Program-made: the position numbers and the translations under genes
Source: the human T2T-CHM13v2.0 reference genome, Homo sapiens
NCBI RefSeq assembly: GCF_009914755.1
Contig: NC_060928.1
DNA length: 64,000 nt
Direction: 5' to 3' (one strand)
Notes under the pieces: model-generated
What the model saw: only the letters and a program-made list of their open reading frames with translations
Told to the model about the DNA's origin: nothing
The model's database searches: none
Part shown: one piece after another, positions 53,845-64,000 of the stretch
How positions within the stretch are numbered: position 1 is the first letter of the stretch
Layout: every line of letters begins with the position of its first letter

Positions 53845-56674
53845 GAATGTACTTTTAAAATAGAGATTAACTGGACAAAATGGTTTACATGTAACAGTTG
53901 TTGGAATTAAATTGTACAATGATAAATGTGCTGAAGCTAATGAACTGGGAACAAATTTCCAAACTTATTTATAATTATTTTATACTTTTCATGTATATAA
54001 TTATTCACTTGGCTTCACATCAAGTCATAAATAGATTAACCTAAAATATACTTTTAAAACAAAAATTCTTGACAACAAAATGTTTAGGGGAGATATACTA
54101 AATTTGAGTTATGAAACATAGAGTGTACATTTCAGATATTCTCAATTTTTACATTCATCAAAGGTACTTTTGTTGGAGTTTATGTTTTTGTAATGCATAA
54201 CAGGTTATTATGAAAGAATGTGAGAATATCACTAAAAATGTGTTTTCTACATGTAATTTTTTATACCAATATGTGATCCAGGGTTATTTTATAATTTAAT
54301 ACTAAATATGATACAGTATAAGATTCTTTAATGACCTTGTTAAAGCTAACTAAAAATTGAACATTATTTTCAAATGAAAACATTATTTAATCATTTAAAA
54401 TATTAAATCTGCTGACATATTTATAACCATTTTCATTGAAAAAGAGATTTATTTTCCTTTCATGTCATTCTCATTAACTTGTATAAGACATGCTTATATA
54501 ACTTAACTCAAATGTAACAAGATTCTCAGGCTTTCACAAATGCAATTTACAGAAGAGCAAAAGATAAGCCAGTGCTCAATATCATACTGAAAGGAATCAT
54601 CATTGATAACTGTACTTCTTCCTCTTTCTGCGTAGCTTTTTGTCTTTTTTCTCCCTAACGTACTTGTGGAGGATGAGTAATTTGAAATGAATTCTGTTCT
54701 AACAATTATACCTACTGCTGTACTCTCATCTTCCTGACAAACTAGCGTCAGGCTGAATAGAGTGAAAAACTTGCACAGAACGAAAACTCTCTTATCAGGG
54801 GAATGTTTGGATAGGACCTCTTTGCTGCTATTAGCTGGGCAGTAATCTGGTGAGATGGGGGAGGAGAGAATAAAGCTATCTAGTGCTACAGCATATATAC
54901 ATTCTGTACAGATCTGTCATTTGCATAAAAATGCTGATAAAAAAGGCAAAATACACGCAATGCTTAGCAGAGAAACAGACAATAAATGGTAACCGTTACT
55001 GTTCTTTCATTAATGTTTCTAATACAATCATTGCTATTTTTAATGTGAATCTCGCCTTAACTACTGAAATTACCTCCTTTCTCCCCCAGTGAACTATCCT
55101 AGCTGTCCTTTGCCAGATGAAGACTTGGAAATTAGAAACTATACAGAGTGTCATCTATAGTAATGGGTGGAACTCTGATAGATTCCTCTTGTTCCTTTGC
55201 TTGATAAATTTCATTCTTCCCCATTCACTCAACATTTATTGATAGACACTGTTCTAGATGACATGGATGGATACCAATATATAAAGGAAATAATTCCAGT
55301 CTGAAATAAGCTTTGAGTCCAATACATACAATATTAATAACAACCATGGAATAGGTTAAGGACTTTTGCATTTGCTATGTACATGGCAGTGTGGGAAATC
55401 AGAGGAAGGAGTGCTTTACTGCTTGGGAAGACCAGCAAAGTCCATCTGGACTCTTGAGCATGCAACAGAGGTTCAGCATTTGGATACAGGGAGAAGACAT
55501 TCTTAGCTCAGTAAGCAGCAAAAGTAAATACAGGATAAGAAAGAGTGTGGCATATTTAGGGCATCCAGTGACTAAAGCAGTCAGTAAAGAAAAGTGTTCT
55601 CTTTTCTCTTTCCCTTCTTTTAAATATTTCAGTAAGCCTTTTGTTCTTATTTTCTGCCTATGCAATTGGTCTGTAACTAATCCTGCTGGTATTGCTTGGA
55701 AACAGGTAACCTTCACATGTTGCATGCTGGGAAGACTGGAACTTCTAACATTGAAGGGTGGTTCTATCTTGATGAGAGTTAAGTTCTTAGGGATAGTTAT
55801 CTACCACTGAATGGTTAGAATGCTACTTTGCTCTCAGTGATAATAGGAAATATGAATAAAAAGAGATCAGATATTTTAGGGGGAAAGATTGTATGCACTA
55901 TTAAAATTTGGAAAAGAGAATTATCTCTTCATACTGCTTTTATAAGTACCTTCAGCTATTTAATTTATTTATAGGTTTCCTTGTGGCACAGTTCATTGAG
56001 GTAAGCACTAATTTCCAAAGGTGCAATTTATTTAGTAATGACAAAGATACAAATAATAATCTCCTGTCAGTCATTCAGAGAGGCAAATGGATACCTTGAG
56101 ACAAGGCGATTGTACAATTCTCATGCTTGCAAAGAAAAATATTGCCATAATACCTTGGTAGCGGAAAGTTTAATTTCTAATTTATTTTCTAAATCTGACT
56201 TTTTAAACTGGGTGTACAGTAGCTATGTGATTGTTTGGAGTCATCATGGACAGTTCTAATTCTCTTCTGGTTTTGCACCCCATGGATTTAATCCAAGGAT
56301 ACTTTGAAGTCAGTTGGACATCCACATGCAGGTAATATGTTCCTTGCATTGATCACAATGCAGAATTGATTCTTATTACCTAAAGGAGAAACATACTCAA
56401 AAGGTTCAAGCAAAGCAGTAAGATTTATTGGTTTATTAAGGAGCTTCAGCAAAAAGCTTCAACATGCATAGAATGATAATATGTTTTCAAAGATGTAAGC
56501 ATATAAATATTTATAGGGAAAAAGTTACCATATTCTCTGTTAGAAACAGGTATTGTGGTGATGATTAGATTTTTTTTGTTTTGTTTTTATGTAGACAATG
56601 TAGATTACAAGTGCCTGTATAATTTTTGTTGGAAGAGAAAAATGATCTAGAGTTTCAAACACTATAGCTTAGAG

Positions 56675-57006
56675 CAAGGGTTTGCAAACTATGGCCCGCA
56701 AGGATGAATGTGACCATTGCATGCTTTGTATGGCCTGTAGGCTAAGAATGGGTTTTACATGTGTAAATGGTTGAAAAAAAGGTGAAGAATATTTTGTGCC
56801 TTGTGAAAACTTTATAAAATTCACAATTTAGTGATCCTAAATAAAATCTTATTGGACTAGAGCCAGTTTCATTTGTTTGCATGTTGTCTCTGACTGGATT
56901 TGTGCTACAACAGCAATGATGAATAGTTGAGACAGAGACACGACGTTCTGCAAATCCTGAATTATTTACTATGTGGCCCTTTACCAAAAATGTTTGCTAA
57001 CCGCTG
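56675..57006 (+). mobile_element. MER58B-like hAT-Charlie element
   Basis: caagggtttgcaaactatggcccg ... gctaagaatgggttttacat ... tatttactatgtggccctttac...tttgctaaccgctg. Confidence 0.8.
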
Positions 57007-58332
57007 CTTTAAAGTAAAGGAACTATATTCAAAGTCACTCAAAATAGCTTAGGAGAATTTTTAAATGCAATAACATTTATGTGACTTCATCTGATAAGTT
57101 TCAGTTAATGAAGGGAATAAAAGTATCATGAAAGCAAACAAGAAGAAAAATATAATTTTCCTTTAATTCTCCTTTATTAAAAAAATGAGTATGTTTTATA
57201 TTTGAGCCTGAGAGTTGATAGTTTATGGTTACAGAAACAGACAGGCTCATGTGAGTGGGCAAGCCCAGCATATGGATTTATCCAAGAATGGGCAGTAGGA
57301 ATTCAGCACAAGGAGAAATATGCAACAGCTAGCAGATGGCTTGCATTAACAGCAGTGAGGAGAGACGAGGAGACTGTGTACCAACACCCCTTTCCCACTG
57401 TTACCATCCAAAAAGTCAAGTACCCTACTTTTCAAAATTCACACTTGCAATTCACAACTCTGAAGTGAGTGTTAGATCCTTTATAAATAGATAATAAAAA
57501 TCAAACAGGTTAACCTCCAAGTAACAAAACTAAATCTTCAGATAATACATTCACTTTATCCCAAACTGAATTGCAATGCAATCTCCATAGTGGGGAAGAA
57601 AGACAGTTTCAACACTGATTACAAAGTTGAGAGCAAAAGTCCCTAAAAAAACAATGGACACTATATCACCTCATTACATTTGGCTACATTTGTTGCTACG
57701 GGGTTTGGTGACCAATGCTCTCAAATGGCTGCAAGTACAGTTAGCTAAATAAAAAATGGCGTTCTTAAAGAATCTACTTCTTATCTTCAGAATAATATAA
57801 ATCATATAATATGATACGTATATTAATACAAATCAAATTATTCTGAAGCTAAGAATATATAATATAAATGAGACAGTTGAGGAAAAAAACTGTATCACAT
57901 TAAATTTCTGTAGTAATTAGTAAGTAGAGCCTTTTGTTTTCTTAAAATCTGAAACTATGTTTTCCGCTTTTCTCCTATGCTTAATATGAATGGAAAATGT
58001 ACTATTTTGTAGGTAATTTACAGCGTTATACTTTGAAAGTTTTTTTTTCTCAACGAGGGTATTTATTAGTTTTGTTTCGATTATTGAGATGCCCCCTGCC
58101 CCCTCCTAAGTAAAAAAAGGGGAGGGGGTGCCGCACAAAAAACTCCTCCCAGTTCCTTTCAGTTTAAAAGCGCTTCCTGGAAAACAATGGTCTATTTTTT
58201 TTACTCCCTTCTCCCTCACTTTCCAATATCAGGAGCTACTTGGAATGAATTTAGGTCCCAAATCCATGTGAGGGTTAGCTTAGGTTATTCAATTCTCAGG
58301 GAGACATTGTTTTGTTTTATTTTTAAAATTCT

Positions 58333-58425
58333 AGCCCGGCATAGTGGCTCAGGCTTGTAAGGTTTGCTTAAGGCCAGGAGTTTGAGAGCAGCCTGGTCAA
58401 CATAGCAAGAACTTGTTTCTACAAA
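58333..58425 (+). mobile_element. Deleted Alu left-arm fragment (AluJ/FLAM-like)
   Basis: ggcatagtggctcaggcttgtaa...aggccaggagtttgagagcagcctggtcaacatagcaaga. Confidence 0.75.
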
Positions 58426-58442
58426 CTAGCCAGGATCAAAAC

Positions 58443-58668
58443 CAAGGTTTCTTCATCTTGGCAGTATTGATATCTTGGGCTGGGTAGTTTTTGTTATGAG
58501 TAGGAACTGTCTTCGGCATTTTAATATGTCAGTAGCATCCCTGGATTCTACCCACTAGATACCAGTATCAGAGTAGATCCTCCTCCAAGTAATGACAACC
58601 AAACATGTCACCAGATGTTGCCAGCTGTTTCCTGGGTAGAGGAGAAATTTACCCTCAGTTGGGAACCA
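58443..58668 (+). mobile_element. MER20 hAT-Charlie element
   Basis: cttggcagtattgatatcttgggctgg ... agcatccctggattctacccactagataccagta ... tgacaaccaaacatgtcaccaga ... gttgggaacca. Confidence 0.85.
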
Positions 58669-58859
58669 TGAATCAAGACCAATACAAACATATTTACTCA
58701 TTGCCTCTCTTTTTGATGGTGTGTGTTTGTATGTATAGTTTTTCTTTTCTAATTCACTTTTTTTCTTTACTCTTTCCTTCCTTCCTTTCTTCCTTCAATT
58801 CTTTTGTCAACTTACAGGAAAAGAAGCCATCTATTTAGTACTTACCATGAAATACTCTT

Positions 58860-58861
<2 letters not shown>

Positions 58862-58898
<37 letters not shown>

Positions 58899-58975
58899 GT
58901 GCTCTACACGTTCAGAAAAACTTCTCTAGTTCTCTAGTAACAAACTATAGATATGATCCCTGAAATTATAGTCTT
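58862..58975 (-). pseudogene. U3 snoRNA retropseudogene (5' about 70 nt plus poly-A)
   Basis: Minus strand reads AAGACTATAATTTCAGGGATCATATCTATAGTTTGTTACTAGAGAA[CTAGAGAA]GTTTTTCTGAACGTGTAGAGCACC then A36, matching the U3 5' end. TSD ATGAA(A/G)TACTCTT at 58847-58859 and 58977-58989. Confidence 0.92.
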
Positions 58976-59339
58976 TATGAAGTACTCTTTAAAGATAAGC
59001 TGGCACTATTTTAAATACATTCCAATCTTTTGCTTCATAACACTGCAAAATATTTAAAAGAAGACAAATCAGAGTTTAAGAAATGAAATATCTCCATAAA
59101 TTATGTTACAGTGTAAAGAAGTGTTGTATAGTGACTAATGTGTAGCTTGTACTGGTATTCTTAGTCAAATATTTTTTGAAAATGTATTAAGCATGCTGGT
59201 ATTAATACTACTTGTAAATAGTGTCAATCATATTATTACTATAGGAATAATAAAATACTTAGAACTTTGTAAATAGGTACGTGTACAGGATGCATGTAAA
59301 TAAATGAGGAACCAACTTAACACCACATCAGAAAATATT

Positions 59340-59620
59340 GATCATGTGTTATATGATTAGCATTGCCAGTTATGTAGAAATAAACAAAATAAATTAAGTC
59401 CCTGCCCTCATGTAACTTACATCCTAGTGAGAAGCTCCAATCAATACATTAAGATAGCATATGTCAGATGGTGAAATGCACTTTGGGGAACAATCAAATT
59501 GTGTTATGGAGATGTTGAGTCCTTGGGAGGCTTCTTAAAAGAAGGTCTTGAGGGCTTGTTAATAGGCTGACATTTGAGCTGGAAACTGAAGAATGTGAGG
59601 AAGCAGAGCATAGGGATAGC
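59340..59620 (-). mobile_element. L2 remnant
   Basis: agtccctgccctcatgtaacttacatcctagtg ... tgtcagatggtga ... tgacatttgagctggaaactgaagaatg. Confidence 0.7.
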
Positions 59621-59675
59621 TAGAAAAAGGATTTTTCACACTCTCAATACCTGCTCCATCATTTGAAGTAAAAAA

Positions 59676-59706
<31 letters not shown>

Positions 59707-60158
59707 AATGTTATTAGAAGTAGACCTTTGAAAATATATGATGTTTTACTCCAGGCTGAAAAGATGAAAGTAAATAAAATTTGGCAAAACTTGTTTATTT
59801 CAGAACTCCATTGGACCATATGATTTTTTAGAAACTAGTTGGGACATATCCTAGATTTGTATGTCAAAACATTTTTCTTGTATGTGTGTGTTTTTATTGC
59901 CAATACCATGCTGTTATGTATGCAGCTATCACAATAGCCCATGTTCCCCATAAATTATAATTATAAAATTATTACATTTTAATTTTACAAAGAAATTGGT
60001 GAAATATTAGAATGAAGTGGATGAATTTTCTCCAAGGAACATCAAGAATGAAGATTATGATGACTGCAAATATTGAAATAAATGGAGGGTGTATTTCTCA
60101 TGGGAAAAACTTTCAAATTCTTTTGCATTTTCTTAATTATCTCCATATTCCTAAGTAA

Positions 60159-60491
<333 letters not shown>

Positions 60492-61149
60492 CTCAGATGT
60501 TATTCAGATGTTTCTTGGCTGCTTTTCATTGGTTGGGGTTTTAAGTTTTGCTTTTCTCTAACACAAGCACTTACCAGAAATGACCCAAATTAAGTTTCAA
60601 CCACGTTTGCAGTGTAAGCAAGGTCAAGACTATTTTTAAGGCCTAGTTGGTATTGTTGGCTAAGGAATTTTTCAGATGTGGTCTCTATTTGAATTTTGCT
60701 TTCACAATTACTAAAAACTTATGAATTGTGTACTAAAGATAACAGATAAAACTTGGGCTTTCTTATCTTTGTCTCTCTAGGGTAGCAAACATTTGCTGAA
60801 TGTGGCCTCCCAGATTCCATTTCCTATCATTCAAGGCAACACAACTACCATTTGGTTTGAATAGCTTCACTTTTCTCTGCGCTCCTCCAACAGACGCATG
60901 TGCTTAGAAGCTGATTGCTCCCAGCTCTAGGGTGGGGCCTAGGGAAGAGACCCAGTTAATGAGCAATGATTAATTCCGGAGTAGACATACTACCTGCACT
61001 GGCCTAATCAGAGTGAAGCTCATGAATTCTGTGTGATGACTGGTGGAAGATACACCTGTAAAGGAAATAGTAACATGTCTTATGACCACATACAGAGAGC
61101 TTTCCAAGAATGCAGGAAACATCAACTAGATTAAGCCAGTGCTACTTAC

Positions 61150-61515
61150 TACTGCAGATAAACTCAAAATATTTGGAGTTTAATGTAATAGAAATCCATT
61201 TTTCACTCAGAAATTCCAGTTAGTGGGGGTGTTTGTGTTGGTGCTTGGCTGGATGAAGCTGATGAAGGGTCTGTATTCAGCATCCGTATTCCAAGACCAG
61301 TATTCAGTTAACAGATGGAGAAAAAGAGTGGACGATAGTGCTTGAGGGATCTTAATGGGCCTGCCTACAAGTTGCAGGCATCATTTTCACATACGTTTTA
61401 TTGGCTAGAGCCAGTACATGGCCATATTAAGCGTAAGGGAGATTATATAATGTAATCTAGTTGTGTATTTAGGAGAAACATGAAATGGCTTGATGAAGAG
61501 TTAGCCAGTGTATGT
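61150..61515 (-). mobile_element. Old MaLR LTR (MLT1K-like)
   Basis: attggctagagccagtacatggcca...taagggag...aatgtaatctagttgtgt. Confidence 0.55.
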
Positions 61516-62652
61516 CACATAAGACACAAAGATGAAAGATGTATACTAGCACCATCATTTCAGCCTTGGATCAAGCCATGCTTAAGACCAGCATAAGCCT
61601 AAACTATTCAGTTACTTAATGTCATAAATTATGTTTTTCAATATAAATGAAGCTGAATTAAATTCAGTAAATGTCAGTCATTTGCAACATAAAAAAATTT
61701 AACTGCTATACATGACAACAAAATATCAGATAAGAATAGTAAGTTCTTAATTTGTGTGGGTAGAATAAATGAAGACATGTACCTCCTTATCCCTCAGAAA
61801 TCATATTTGCCTGGAATGTTGGATTAAATATTTCGATTCATTGTTTTTTTTGTTTTTTTTTTTTTTAAACTGCCAGAATCACTACAGTTTTAAAGAAGAG
61901 AAAGGCATATATTTTGTGAAAACTCTAATTGGATACAGTAATTTTCTTTCATTGATTATTAGTCAATTCATAATATTTAAGGAGGGGAAGGAATATTATG
62001 TGGCCAGATGAAACTAAGCATGAATATATTCTCTAAGTGTTGCATACAGGGAGACAGGCCCTGGGTGAGGGGTCTAATTGCCTAGGACATTACACACATC
62101 ATTCCACAGATACATTTCTAGTACAAAAAGAAAAAATCACAATCCAAAAAAATTTTGTTTAGAATCTGGAAAGATAAACATTGAATCTGTGCACTGAAAT
62201 ACTGAAATAGTGTGTTGAATCAGAAACATAACTGGGGTTATTCCTGAAAATTGATGTCACTAACTGTGAGCATGGACGTCAATGGGAAATGGGTCAAGAT
62301 ATGTATTGGACCTTGTGAGTCAGGAATCCCATAAGCAAGAGGAAGTGTTATAACCTCCGTTTATTTTTGTGTTTTGTTGGTGGGTATATAGCTGCTTATA
62401 TGCACACTCCACACTAGGCTAGGGAAACTCTTATAAACTTTAATAGCCATTGGAAATTTGTGTGTGGAGGAAAATAAAGTGTGGTGACATGATCTTGCAG
62501 ATGTGGCTTCAAAAATATAGCAAAATGTGACTAAGCCTGAGCCTGAAAGCATGCAGAGGTAATTACAGTGGTGGCATACTGGCAACTTAGGTGGAGCCTT
62601 TGTAATTGAGGGTGAAATGTAATATATCGGCAAAAGGAGGTCAAGTGGTTAA

Positions 62653-62994
<342 letters not shown>

Positions 62995-64000
62995 CCAGTC
63001 TTGCCCTTTTAATCCTATTGCCAATGCTTAATTGAATGACCTGTGTGATCTGGTGCCATCTACCAAACCTCAGTGAGCCTTGGCCTCATTAGCATGCATA
63101 GAATGGGGTAATCACTTCATTTATATAATTCTTACACATGATATAATACAAATAAAATGCCTAGTAATGTGGGTGCTTAATACATCGTTACTCGGAAAAT
63201 TCTGCTGCCAGAGGAAAGCTTGGAGCTATCCTAGGTGGTGGCTTGTTTTTTGGTGGGGACATACAGGCTCTTCAAGGTTTTCCTTCATTTGGAATGCTAA
63301 GTCAAGACATGAGGACTGAATTTTGTCTACAATTCATTTAAGGAATAAATCCAAGTGCCCAGTGCACTTGAATGGCTCAGAAGGATAGACTTTGAGAAAA
63401 TAAGACAGTGGGCTCTGGAGTCTTCTCATGTACTTTGTTGCTTGAACTCCCGTGTATAAAATGTAGATATGATTACATATTTACCACTGACTTTTGTTTT
63501 CTTATTCTCAATGGAGAAGAAAAATCACATGTGGTGGGTTTGTAAAATAGTAAAATTATGCTTGAAGTTTGTACTTGTATGGCCTCTTTTCAAGGTACTA
63601 GACAAACTGAAAAGTCCCCTTTTCTTCTGTTGTGAAGGACTGTCAATTACTCTTCTATATTCAGCAATCTTTGCTTGAACTTTATTGATAAGGTATTCTT
63701 AATCTTAATTCTACAATATAAGAAAAACATAGATGGTCAGTTTGAGAATTAGAAAGAGAAGGCAGATTTTATCCTTTTTAAAGGCTAAAGATTTTAAAGA
63801 ATGAAAAATAAAAATGAAATTTTACTCCCATTAACAATAAAATTAGGAAAAGAACTACAGAGATAAGTGAAATAAGTGTTCCCTTTCTACCTGCCATTTT
63901 TCTTCCATATATGGATAGTCCATCTTTTTACAGTAACCATTTCAAAAGCCTGTCAACTTACAGCCAGAACTGCAAATTTCTCAGTATATATTCTATACCT

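Noticed and set aside
55391-55810. Overlapping 139-aa and 108-aa ORFs on opposite strands
   Set aside because: The longer ORF has a non-ATG start, there is no recognisable domain or convincing splice context, and the composition looks non-coding.

Overview
AT-rich, repeat-dense primate genomic DNA. AluY/AluS/AluJ elements and an L1PA7-like LINE point to a catarrhine, probably human. The window looks intronic or intergenic. I find no host protein-coding exon I can recognise: the ORF track is mostly Alu/L1-derived or chance ORFs. It contains about 18 Alu copies or fragments, a near full-length dead L1, MaLR and ERV1 solo LTRs, DNA-transposon fossils (MER5A, MER6, MER20, MER47, MER58, MADE2), L2/MIR remnants, microsatellites and a 3'-truncated U3 snoRNA retrocopy. 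The most unusual structures are: (1) an Alu with a 133-bp unit triplicated in tandem; (2) a 5'-truncated Alu without target-site duplication (TSD) replacing about 1.7 kb of L1 ORF2; (3) the polyadenylated U3 fragment; (4) two scrambled local repeat mosaics; (5) CpG-retaining patches at about 5-7 kb and 11.1-11.8 kb with nearby splice-like signals. I do not see evidence for a wholly new biological system. Repeat subfamily calls come from recalled consensus sequences, not from a search, and boundaries of old repeats are approximate.
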